Below are positions 1 through 9,248 of a stretch of 64,000 nucleotides of DNA, piece after piece. The notes under the pieces were generated by a model. The model was not told the DNA's origin. It saw only the letters and a list, made by a program, of their open reading frames with translations, and made no database searches. Numbering within the stretch: position 1 is the first letter of the stretch; each line of letters begins with the position of its first letter. The stretch covers positions 113,232-177,231 of the forward strand of contig CAZQWH010000002.1 of assembly GCA_964597145.1 (NCBI GenBank), given 5' to 3'. A program made the translations under genes and the position numbers. Origin of the DNA: an uncultured Candidatus Saccharibacteria bacterium (GTDB lineage: Bacteria; Patescibacteriota; CAZHWT01).

Positions 1-17
1 AAGAATTTCCCCGATCA

Positions 18-569
18 TTGTATGTATCCAATGACAACCTAGAGAGAATCGAGCCAATTATACGGCACTTTGCAAATGAGCCAGGAGCAGCCTCACTCCA
101 CCCTCTCCAAAATAACACTCTTATAGGAACCAAGTCTTACGCTCATACCCATGGCATCTTGCACCCAATTGTTATTGTCTACATCCAAAACGACCAGGGA
201 CAGTTATTAATACAGCGAAGAGTCGATACCCAACAGTGGGATCATTCAGCAGCAGGCCATACCGAAATCGGCGAAACACCCGAGCAAGCAGTCCGTCGAG
301 AGCTACAAGAAGAACTGGGTGTAGTTGGGGATGTAACTTTTATTGCTAAAGTGGATGAACTTCGCCACCCCCTTATTCCCAAAACAACTCGACATACCGC
401 CTATATTTACAAAGCTCAACACAATGGGCCGTTTAGCCTGCAGGAATCCGAGGTTGCAGAGGTAAAGTTTATAAATCTTCAAACACTTCGAGCCGATATG
501 ACCGCCAACCCTACCCAGTACTCAGCCGGAATGATAGCCAGCCTTTTACATGCCTATCCATACGCCTAA
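18..569 (+). CDS. NUDIX hydrolase family protein
   Basis: Nudix box GHTEIGETPEQAVRRELQEELGV in the translation. The N-terminus may start upstream of the window. Confidence 0.7.
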   Translation: MYVSNDNLERIEPIIRHFANEPGAASLHPLQNNTLIGTKSYAHTHGILHPIVIVYIQNDQGQLLIQRRVDTQQWDHSAAGHTEIGETPEQAVRRELQEELGVVGDVTFIAKVDELRHPLIPKTTRHTAYIYKAQHNGPFSLQESEVAEVKFINLQTLRADMTANPTQYSAGMIASLLHAYPYA

Positions 570-1032
570 AGCTGCCACACCAGGCATTTCCCCACTGCCA
601 CAATCCATCATTATCTCGATCTAACCACCCCCCAGCAGAGCACCGGTCGCCAAGGCCAATAATGTTGCTATATCTCAGATAAATAAAAAAGGACACCGCC
701 AAGGTTGCACAACAATACTACCCAACCCAGCATCAAGCAACCTAGGTTCAAAGCTACTTAACCTCGGAGGTTAAACATGCTTGAACCTAGGTTGCTTGAT
801 TCGATATACATCACACATAGCTCAGTTAAATTTCAATAAATTAAAACATAAATTCTAATTTAGATTTGTATATTAATCCTGAGGAAGTTGCCGTTTAGCT
901 GACAAGGTCGAGAGATAAGAAGAATTGCCACAGCCTTGTCCATTGTACCCCAGTAAGATGGGGCGCTCACAAAATGGGCAAAACTCCAACACTACAGCAT
1001 TTCAATAACTGCCATTTAGCTAGATCGCTACC

Positions 1033-1203
1033 TTACTTTTCCCAATCGTCAACCTTCAACTCCGGTTTACTATCGGTAGCCGAGATTTCAATTTTCTGCT
1101 TTTCTTTCCAGCCAAACTTTTTAATTAATGCCTTAGGGACATTAATGACATAGCTGTCGGTGCTAACCCGTTGCAGCTTACGAACAAAGGTTTGCTTATT
1201 CAT
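1033..1203 (-). CDS. AbrB/MazE/SpoVT-type DNA-binding domain protein (orphan antitoxin-like or small regulator)
   Basis: Segment VRKLQRVSTDSYVINVPKALIKKFGWKEKQKIEI matches the looped-hinge-helix AbrB/MazE fold pattern. An ATG sits at 1201-1203 and the ORF track allows an alternative TTG at 1224. The 24-nt twin palindrome lies 27 nt upstream. Confidence 0.45.
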   Translation of the reverse strand: MNKQTFVRKLQRVSTDSYVINVPKALIKKFGWKEKQKIEISATDSKPELKVDDWEK

Positions 1204-1907
1204 AACGTAAGTATACACCCACAATTTAAAACGTATATACGGACGTATATACGTTTGGCTTTTTATCTCAGATATATTGATGAAGGGTGGGTGGTAGGGT
1301 GGATGTAGAAATTAGGTTATGGGAGGTGGAGGTAGCAGGAGATGGCAAAAAGTTAATAGGAGACTTACCTAATTAATACTGAAAAATTGAATAGTGAAAT
1401 AATAGTGCACGTAAGAATCTAGAAATAGTGGGTGGTTATTGTCAAAAAATAAATTACTCAATAATCCAAATTCTATAGTCTAAAAACAGTACCTATTGAC
1501 GACATAATTTCTTCGGTCGATTGCCTATTCATTATCCCTACAATGATAGTCATATTTTAGTTTATGAGTAGATAATTATTTAAGGTGCAATCGCTAATAT
1601 AAAGGTCAAGACAAAACAACGAAATCTTCACCAGCCATCTTGTTTCCATAGCCAACACAGCAAACCCTTAGTCTGAAACACCCCAAACCTTCTTGTATCA
1701 CTCAGTATTCAAAAACACTCGCATCATTCCATGCACTGTGCAAGGTAATTAAATAGATGCAACCTCAAAGGTGAAATAGCTTTGAACCTAGGTTGCCTGA
1801 TGATAATTTTGAAGAGGGACGGCCTATCTATAAACAGTAGGTGCAGGGTAGCAGCAAAGAAAAACCCAAACATAAACAGGTGGCAAGTAGTATGCTATGA
1901 TTATGTT

Positions 1908-2171
1908 ATGGGTGAATCAGCCAAGGATAAGGAACCAACCATTCTCTTGCAGCCACAAGACAAGGGAGCCATAGCAGTCTACCGCAAAAAACGGCATCTA
2001 TTTTTGGCCAACTTTCTGGGTGGTTTGGCTTGGGGGCTTGGTTCAGTGCTCGGCGCAACCCTAATTGTGGCCACTATTCTATTTCTTTTAAACGCTTTAG
2101 GCGGCCTGCCAATTATTGGTGATTATATTACCGATATAGCCGACGCCATTTCTCGTGGCACTAATCGCTAA
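1908..2171 (+). CDS. hypothetical small membrane protein
   Basis: ORF 1782..2171. Internal ATG at 1908 chosen because the 5' part overlaps the intergenic repeat. C-terminal hydrophobic helix LAWGLGSVLGATLIVATILFLL. Confidence 0.35.
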   Translation: MGESAKDKEPTILLQPQDKGAIAVYRKKRHLFLANFLGGLAWGLGSVLGATLIVATILFLLNALGGLPIIGDYITDIADAISRGTNR

Positions 2172-2350
2172 TTCACTCCAGTATAAATTTTAATGCTTGA
2201 GACTTCCACCTCTGATGGAGTAAAATACGGACTACGAAAGTAGCAGGGTAAAGCGCAAATGAGTAAAGTGCAAAGGCATAACTAATAGCATAAAGTTTGT
2301 AGCTTTGCCTTATGGTTTTGACCTTTGCCTTTTAACTTTTGACCCTGTGA

Positions 2351-4123
2351 ATGGAACATATTATGAATAAATCCAATCCCGAACATCTCGACCACCTCCG
2401 CCACTCCGCGGCCCACCTTTTGGCTGCTGCTGCGCTTGAACTGTGGCCCAAAACCAAGCTGACCATTGGTCCGGCAATTGAAAACGGATTTTACTACGAT
2501 TTTGATTTTGCCCAACCTATATCCGAAGACGATTTAGGCAAGTTGGAAAAAAGGATGGCCGAGATCGCGCCAACTTGGAAGGAGTTTATCCACGAAACTG
2601 TCTCCGAAGCCGAAGCTCGCAAGCGGGTAGGGGACAATCCTTACAAGCAAGAGCTAATCGATGAAATTGTCGCCCGGGGCGAGCCGTTAACCTTTTATAC
2701 TTCGGGTAAGTTTTCCGATTTATGTCGGGGTGGCCACGTTGAGCATCCCGATCGGGAGCTCAAGCACTTTAAATTGCTCTCAATCGCTGGGGCGTACTGG
2801 CGGGGGAGCGAGAAGAACCCGATGTTAACCCGGATTTACGGCACGATTTGGCCTAGCCAAAAAGAACTAAATGAACATCTTGCCGCATTAGAAGAAGCCA
2901 AAAAGCGTGATCATCGCGTGATTGGTCAAGAACTAGACTTGTTTGCCTTTTCGCCGCTGGTGGGCAAAGGGCTGCCGTTGTGGTTGCCCAAAGGAGCCAC
3001 AATTCGCAGGGAGCTAGAACAGTTTGTGGTTGACGAAGAACTGAAACGCAACTACCTCCATGTCTACACTCCTGACATTGCCTTACTCGATTTATTTAAG
3101 ACATCCGGCCACTATCCTTATTACAAGGATTCGATGTATGCGCCCATCCAAATTGATGACGAGCAATTTATGCTGCGCCCCATGACTTGCCCTCACCATT
3201 TTGAGCTCTATAAAGCCAAGCCTCGATCTTACCGAGAGTTACCGATGCGAATTGCCGAACTGGCCAAGCTTTATCGTTACGAAAAGTCGGGCGAGTTATC
3301 TGGATTAATGAGGGTTCGGGCTTTCTGCCTGGCTGACGCCCATATCATTGCCACCAAAGAGCAAGCGAATGGCGTAATTCATGAAGTACTCGAGCTCATT
3401 GAGTACGTGTCAAATGTATTTGGCCTAGAGCTGGGAAAAGACTACCACTACCGACTATCCTTGGGCGATCGTCATGATGACAAGAAATACTTTAAGCATG
3501 ATGAAGCCTGGGACTATGCCGAAAATGTGCTACGCCAAGTGTTAAAAGAGCGAAAGTCTCCATTTGTGGAAGCAGCTCAAGAGGCTGCCTTCTACGGACC
3601 CAAGATTGATGTACAAATGAAAAATGTTCACGGCAAAGAGGACACTGCCTTTACCGTTCAATACGACTTTGTTATGCCTGGGCGGTTTAACCTAGAATAT
3701 GTTGATAGTGATGGTCAAACCAAGGAGCCAATTGTCATTCACCGATCGTCAATTGGGGCAATTGAGCGGATTATGGCTTTCTTAATTGAACGGTATGGCG
3801 GTGCTTTCCCAACCTGGCTAGCACCAGTTCAAGCCGTTATTATCCCAATTTCAGATAAGCATTTAGACTATGCGAACCAACTAACTACTGCGCTGCAGCA
3901 GCGAGGAGTACGATTTGAGCTGGATAGTCGCAACGAAAGTATGGGGGCCAAAATCCGCGACGCTCAGTTGCAAAAGGTTCCTTATATGCTGGTCGTTGGG
4001 GATAAAGAAATGGCAGATAAAACTGTAGCAGTGCGTGCCCGGGATGGCAAAAAACAAGAAGTCTTGCAAGTGCAAGAGTTTCTTGATAGAATAAGCCAGC
4101 AAATAGCCCAGAAGACGGGCTAG
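2351..4123 (+). CDS. thrS: threonyl-tRNA synthetase (short form lacking N-terminal TGS/editing extension)
   Basis: 590-aa translation with class II aaRS core, HLRHSAAHLLAAA motif and anticodon-binding C-terminus. Followed by infC-rpmI-rplT as in the canonical cluster. Confidence 0.95.
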   Translation: MEHIMNKSNPEHLDHLRHSAAHLLAAAALELWPKTKLTIGPAIENGFYYDFDFAQPISEDDLGKLEKRMAEIAPTWKEFIHETVSEAEARKRVGDNPYKQELIDEIVARGEPLTFYTSGKFSDLCRGGHVEHPDRELKHFKLLSIAGAYWRGSEKNPMLTRIYGTIWPSQKELNEHLAALEEAKKRDHRVIGQELDLFAFSPLVGKGLPLWLPKGATIRRELEQFVVDEELKRNYLHVYTPDIALLDLFKTSGHYPYYKDSMYAPIQIDDEQFMLRPMTCPHHFELYKAKPRSYRELPMRIAELAKLYRYEKSGELSGLMRVRAFCLADAHIIATKEQANGVIHEVLELIEYVSNVFGLELGKDYHYRLSLGDRHDDKKYFKHDEAWDYAENVLRQVLKERKSPFVEAAQEAAFYGPKIDVQMKNVHGKEDTAFTVQYDFVMPGRFNLEYVDSDGQTKEPIVIHRSSIGAIERIMAFLIERYGGAFPTWLAPVQAVIIPISDKHLDYANQLTTALQQRGVRFELDSRNESMGAKIRDAQLQKVPYMLVVGDKEMADKTVAVRARDGKKQEVLQVQEFLDRISQQIAQKTG

Positions 4124-4125
4124 AT

Positions 4126-4740
4126 TTGCATGGAAATTATTGGTATATACATACAAGGGGATATATTATTACCCCAAGTAATTACCAGAAAGAGGAAGTA
4201 CCCATACTACGACGTTATAAAAAACCTGAGCCAAAAAAGTTTTACCCGCGCAATTATCAGATCCGATCAAACCAAGTGCGAGTAATTGGCGAGGATGGAG
4301 AGCAATTAGGTATTTTGTCGTTGTCCGATGCGGTGGCTAAAGCCCAAGCAGCTGGTCTAGATTTAGTGGCAGTATCCATGAACTCTAATCCGCCAGTCGC
4401 CCGCATTACAGAGTTTGCCAAGTTTTTGTACGATCAAAAGCAGCGCGAAAAGCGCCAGCGCAAAAACACCAAAGAGGTTGAGGTTAAAGAGTTGCGATTT
4501 GGGCCAAATATTGGCGATCACGATTTAGAAATTCGCATCCAACGAGCCAAAAACTTTTTAAAAGCTGGCAATAAGATTAAAATAAACTGCCAATTTAGAG
4601 GACGAATGATTACTCACCCCGAAGTAGGGAAGGCGAAAATCAATCGGATGCTGGCAGAACTGGAAGATTTATGCGATGTTGAGCGCGGACCATACCATGA
4701 AGGTCGCAGCGTCATTGCCTTATTGCAACCCAAAAAATAA
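4126..4740 (+). CDS. infC: translation initiation factor IF-3
   Basis: IF-3 N- and C-domain motifs (VRVIGEDGEQLGILSLSDAVAKAQAAGLDLV ... KELRFGPNIGDHDLEIR). True start uncertain: the track uses TTG at 4126. The RBS-like aagaggaag at 4188 suggests a non-AUG start (ATA or ATT) near 4204, as is typical for infC. Confidence 0.85.
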   Translation: MHGNYWYIHTRGYIITPSNYQKEEVPILRRYKKPEPKKFYPRNYQIRSNQVRVIGEDGEQLGILSLSDAVAKAQAAGLDLVAVSMNSNPPVARITEFAKFLYDQKQREKRQRKNTKEVEVKELRFGPNIGDHDLEIRIQRAKNFLKAGNKIKINCQFRGRMITHPEVGKAKINRMLAELEDLCDVERGPYHEGRSVIALLQPKK

Positions 4741-4840
4741 TATTTTATGTCATTCTGAATTTATTTCAGAACCTATGCCATCTCAGGAATCGATCCTGAA
4801 ACAAGTTCAGGATGACACAATCTAGTAAGGTATTAACATT

Positions 4841-5047
4841 ATGAAAGCAAAAACTAAGACAAAGAAAGCAGCGTTAAAACGAGTTAAGATTACCAGTAGT
4901 GGCAAAATGCTCATTGGTCACGTTAATACGTCCCATTTAAAAACCAAGCAGTCACGTCGAACCAAGCGGCGCAAGAGTGTTAAGGAATTACTGAGCAAGT
5001 CCGATACACGACGAGTAGAGCAGATTTTGCCCTACAAGAATAAATAA
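4841..5047 (+). CDS. rpmI: 50S ribosomal protein L35
   Basis: 68-aa basic protein MKAKTKTKKAALKRVKITSSGK..., positioned between infC and rplT. Confidence 0.9.
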   Translation: MKAKTKTKKAALKRVKITSSGKMLIGHVNTSHLKTKQSRRTKRRKSVKELLSKSDTRRVEQILPYKNK

Positions 5048-5199
5048 GATTATACTTACCAAGTTGACATACATGAGATAATTCCTGCTCATGCATGTCA
5101 ACCCAAATTTAATTTGGGGTCTAAAAAAGCGATTTACTCGCTTAGATTAAAAAGCAGCAAGCATTTTAGTTTGTTATATAAATTTTAGGAGTCAATCAC

Positions 5200-5553
5200 A
5201 TGCGCGTCAAAAGAGGGGTAACCGCCAAACAACGACATAAAAGAATTTTAGCCCGAGCCAAAGGCTTCCGCGCTTCCCGGGGTAGCCACATCAAGGCGGC
5301 CAAAGAAGCATTGCTACACGCTGGTGCCCATGCTTACCGAGACCGCCGGCTGAAAAAGCGCACTAATCGCGCCCTATGGATCACCCGCCTCTCAGCCGCA
5401 TCCCGCCAAGAAGGTATGGCCTACAGTCGGTTTATTGCTGGGTTAAAGTCGGCCAACATTGGCTTAGATCGTAAAGTCCTATCTGAAATAGCAGCTACCG
5501 ATCGTCCAACCTTCACCGCTATTGTGGACCATATTAAATCTAAGGCAGAATAA
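5200..5553 (+). CDS. rplT: 50S ribosomal protein L20
   Basis: MRVKRGVTAKQRHKRILARAKGFRASRG..., a classic L20. AGGAG RBS 8 nt upstream. Confidence 0.95.
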   Translation: MRVKRGVTAKQRHKRILARAKGFRASRGSHIKAAKEALLHAGAHAYRDRRLKKRTNRALWITRLSAASRQEGMAYSRFIAGLKSANIGLDRKVLSEIAATDRPTFTAIVDHIKSKAE

Positions 5554-5556
5554 CTC

Positions 5557-5757
5557 ATGAGTCTATGGCTGCAAGCACTACTGGTGTTTAGCGTCTTAAT
5601 TCTGATTATGGGTTATTTTCAGTACCGCCGCTCGCATGACATCATTTCGGTTATCCAAGAGATGTTTCGGCCTAGCTACTTAGTCCCGGCCATTATCGGC
5701 ACCGTTGCATTTCTCATTTTAAAGGTTGTCGCATCTGTGCTAGATAAGGTACTATAA
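5557..5757 (+). CDS. hypothetical small membrane protein (2 predicted TM helices) inserted between rplT and pheS
   Basis: 66-aa ORF tightly packed (4 nt after rplT, 5 nt before pheS) with two hydrophobic helices. Confidence 0.45.
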   Translation: MSLWLQALLVFSVLILIMGYFQYRRSHDIISVIQEMFRPSYLVPAIIGTVAFLILKVVASVLDKVL

Positions 5758-5762
5758 GGGTT

Positions 5763-6791
5763 ATGAAATCTAATTCAATCGAAGCACAATTGGCTGCCCT
5801 CCAAGATGAGGCCCGCCGAGCGATTGATGCGGTGCATTCGCTGACCGACCTAGAATCCTGGCAGATACAATTTAATGGCCGCAAAAGCCAACTTTCTCAC
5901 CTTTCACAACAACTCAAAGATATTCCAGTCGAACAAAAAGCGGCTGCCGGACAAGCACTTAACGCGACCAAGCAAACACTAGCCGAGCTATACCAACTCA
6001 AGACAACCTCGCTCAAGCAAGCTCAACCCGGATTAGATATGACCATTCCAGCCGCTCCAGTTCAGGCCGGACACACACATCTAGCCAGTCAAACCATCCA
6101 CCAAATTGTGACCATATTTAGTCATTTAGGGATGAACTTTGTTGAAGCGCCTGAGGCAGATTATGATTGGTACGTGTTCGAGTCTCTCAACATGCCTAAA
6201 ACTCATCCGGCTCGCGATGACTGGGAAACTTTTTTTGTTGATTTGCCCGAAGATCCCCAAAAAGGCAAAATAGTGCTGCGTCCGCACACTACCAACTTTG
6301 AGCTACACGTTATGGAAAGTACTCAACCGCCAATTCGAGCTATTACGGTAGGCAAAACATATCGCCGCCAAGCCGATGCCTCGCATACACCCATGTTTCA
6401 TCAATTCGAAGGCTTAGTCGTCGACAAGCAGGTATCGATTGGTAATTTAATTGCCACATTAGAATATTTTGTCCATAATTTTTTTGGCGCTCAAGTTAAA
6501 ACTCGGTTGCGCCCTTACCACTTCCGCTTCACCGAACCGTCATTTGAAGTAGACATTAGCTGCACGATTTGCCAAGGCGTTGGTTGCAAATTGTGCAAAG
6601 AAGGCTGGCTCGAACTCGGTGGAGCTGGTATGACCCATCCCACTGTTTTACGCAATGGCGGCATTGATCCCGAAACTTACTCGGGGTTTGCCTGGGGTTT
6701 CGGGGTCGAGCGCTGTCTAGCCATTCGCCATAGAATAGAAGATATTCGGATGATTTATGAGAACGATATCCGTTTTTTGGAGCAATTTTAA
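5763..6791 (+). CDS. pheS: phenylalanyl-tRNA synthetase alpha subunit
   Basis: Class II aaRS motifs (FRFTEPSFEVD, GAGMTHP). Adjacent pheT. Confidence 0.95.
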   Translation: MKSNSIEAQLAALQDEARRAIDAVHSLTDLESWQIQFNGRKSQLSHLSQQLKDIPVEQKAAAGQALNATKQTLAELYQLKTTSLKQAQPGLDMTIPAAPVQAGHTHLASQTIHQIVTIFSHLGMNFVEAPEADYDWYVFESLNMPKTHPARDDWETFFVDLPEDPQKGKIVLRPHTTNFELHVMESTQPPIRAITVGKTYRRQADASHTPMFHQFEGLVVDKQVSIGNLIATLEYFVHNFFGAQVKTRLRPYHFRFTEPSFEVDISCTICQGVGCKLCKEGWLELGGAGMTHPTVLRNGGIDPETYSGFAWGFGVERCLAIRHRIEDIRMIYENDIRFLEQF

Positions 6792-6851
6792 TTAAGGCAA
6801 AGGCTTAATCTTTACATCAGCTTTTGACCTTTGCCTGTTGACTTTATTTTT

Positions 6852-9248
6852 ATGCTAGTACCAATTGATTGGCTAAAAGAATACGTTGATATTGAACTAT
6901 CTACGGCTGATTTGGCCCACAGACTAACCGCGTCGGGATCCTCAGTTGAGCGCATTATACAGGTTGGACAAAACCTGGACGACTTAATCGTCGGGCTTGT
7001 CGAAGAAGTAAATCCTCACCCTAACGCCGACCGATTGCGCTTAGCTAAAGTCAACATTGGCCCCGAAATCGTTGAGGTGGTATGCGGCGCGACTAACCTC
7101 AAAGCCGGCCAACACATTGTCTATGCCAAAGAGGGGGCGCATATCCCTATTAATATGCACGACGACCACCGCCAACCCTTCACTCTTAAAAAGGCGACTA
7201 TCCGTGGTGTAGAAAGCAATGGTATGATTTGTTCGGTAGCCGAAATGGGACTGGGCGAAGATCACGAAGGCATTCTCGTTTTACCCGAGTCAACAAAAGT
7301 CGGCCAAAAGATTACCACCGCCCTTAACTATCCCCAAACAGTATTTGATATCGAGATTACCACCAACCGCTCCGACGAACTATCGTTGCTGGGCATTGCC
7401 CGAGAAGTTAGCGCCCTAACCGAAAAGCAGCTCAATCTACCTACCACCAAACAGGCACTATCAGTCAATAAGACCGGTACATTTAAGCCATTAATCCAAT
7501 CACCTAACTGTTTCCGTCTCATAACTCAACAATTAAAGGTAACGGTTGGCCCATCACCTTGGTGGATGCAACAACGGTTAACCTTGGCAGGCATGCGGCC
7601 AATCAACAACATTGTGGATATTACTAACTACGTTATGTTAGAGTATGGCCAACCATTGCATGCCTACGATGTGGCGCAACTTGCCGGCCACCAGCTAATT
7701 GCCCGCCAGGCTCAGCCAGGAGAAAAATTGACTACACTCGATGGCATTAACCGACAACTCACTTCCGAGATGCTGGTTATCGCCGATGAACAGCAGGCTT
7801 TAGGCATAGCTGGCATTATGGGGGGATCGGCTAGCAAAACAACCAACCAAACCACCGAAATCGTTTTAGAAGCAGCCGCGTTTGACCCTATTGGTATCCG
7901 TAAGACTGCCAATACCTTAGCCTTACGCTCCGAGGCTTCACGCCGCTTTGAGCGAAGCGTTGATCGGGAAATGACTGCCATGGCTCTGGCCCGAGCGGTC
8001 GATTTAATGATTACGCATGCCGATGCCCAAGTTTTATCTAAGGCTATCGACAGTTATCCCGCACCATTCGAGTCAAAGCAGCTCACCTTGCACGCCGGCA
8101 AGCTAAACCAATATTTAGGCCAACCAGTCGACCCCGCCAAAGCTCGTTCGATCTTAAAATCACTGGGGTTTGGTGACGCTTCTGCTTTCGGCAATGATAC
8201 CGAATGGGAAATTGCGGTCCGCGTCCCCAGCTGGCGGGCGCATGACATTCAAGAAGAAGTGGACCTAATCGAAGAAGTAGTGCGGATGGTTGGGTATGAC
8301 CAGCTGCCCGTTTCGCTCCCAACCGGCGAATTATCAGCCCAACCAATTAACCCAGAATACACCCAACGGCATCAACTCCGAAATGCCCTAGCTCGGGCAG
8401 GGTGGTCAGAGATTATTTCCGTCTCACTTGTCGGCCAGAACTGGCTAGACCAATTACAAGTACCACTCCCATCCATTCAACTAGCAAACCCATTGTCCTC
8501 GGAGTGGACCCACTTACGCTCCAGCTTGCTACCAGGCCTAATTAAATCGGCCACAAATAACATTCGCTGGCAACATCACTTGAAATTATTTGAATTAGGC
8601 GTAACTTACCAACCAAACAAGCAAGCGCTACCTCACCAAGACATGCATCTCGGATTATTACTTTGTAGTCCAAAAACGCCCGAATTTGCACTAGCGGAGA
8701 TAAAAGGGGTAGTGGAATATAGCCTACGTCAAGCTGGAGGCAATCCAGATGCTATCGTATACAATGAAACTGTTTCGGTTAACCCCCCATTTGATGCAAA
8801 CCAAAGCGCAGCCATCGTAGTTAATGGCCATACGGTAGGAGAAATTGGCCTATTGCCAGAGCCTATTCGTGAATCCTTACACCTACCGCCAAGCACTTTC
8901 ATCGCCGAACTAACCGTGGAAGAAATTGTAACCAAGTCTCAACCATACCAACTACAACCCTTAACAATGCTCCCTGGCTTAGAAGAAGACCTTTCCGTAG
9001 TCGTATCCGAAAAAACCTCGGTCGCTAAAGTCTTGGCAATCATTAGCCAATCTGGTCAGCCATTATTAGAATCTGTCGAGCTAAGCCAAGTTTATCGTAG
9101 TCCAAAACTGGGCCAAAATTTAAAATCACTAACGTTCCATCTAACTTACCGCGATCCGAGCAAAACCTTATCATCCAAGGAAGTCGGCCGCGCCCGACAC
9201 AAAATTGCTGAACAATTAAAAAAGGAGGACATGCATGTCCGAGAATAA
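6852..9248 (+). CDS. pheT: phenylalanyl-tRNA synthetase beta subunit
   Basis: N-terminus MLVPIDWLKEYVDIE typical of PheT, B3/B4 and B5 regions, about 800 aa. ATG at 6852 preferred over the TTG at 6831. Confidence 0.93.
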   Translation: MLVPIDWLKEYVDIELSTADLAHRLTASGSSVERIIQVGQNLDDLIVGLVEEVNPHPNADRLRLAKVNIGPEIVEVVCGATNLKAGQHIVYAKEGAHIPINMHDDHRQPFTLKKATIRGVESNGMICSVAEMGLGEDHEGILVLPESTKVGQKITTALNYPQTVFDIEITTNRSDELSLLGIAREVSALTEKQLNLPTTKQALSVNKTGTFKPLIQSPNCFRLITQQLKVTVGPSPWWMQQRLTLAGMRPINNIVDITNYVMLEYGQPLHAYDVAQLAGHQLIARQAQPGEKLTTLDGINRQLTSEMLVIADEQQALGIAGIMGGSASKTTNQTTEIVLEAAAFDPIGIRKTANTLALRSEASRRFERSVDREMTAMALARAVDLMITHADAQVLSKAIDSYPAPFESKQLTLHAGKLNQYLGQPVDPAKARSILKSLGFGDASAFGNDTEWEIAVRVPSWRAHDIQEEVDLIEEVVRMVGYDQLPVSLPTGELSAQPINPEYTQRHQLRNALARAGWSEIISVSLVGQNWLDQLQVPLPSIQLANPLSSEWTHLRSSLLPGLIKSATNNIRWQHHLKLFELGVTYQPNKQALPHQDMHLGLLLCSPKTPEFALAEIKGVVEYSLRQAGGNPDAIVYNETVSVNPPFDANQSAAIVVNGHTVGEIGLLPEPIRESLHLPPSTFIAELTVEEIVTKSQPYQLQPLTMLPGLEEDLSVVVSEKTSVAKVLAIISQSGQPLLESVELSQVYRSPKLGQNLKSLTFHLTYRDPSKTLSSKEVGRARHKIAEQLKKEDMHVRE

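Noticed and set aside
7041-8346. Minus-strand ORFs of 64-89 aa inside pheT (7041..7265, 7328..7522, 7712..7981, 8054..8248, 8083..8346)
   Set aside because: They are fully embedded antisense in a strongly supported conserved CDS, have no RBS and have unusual composition. These are typical shadow ORFs.
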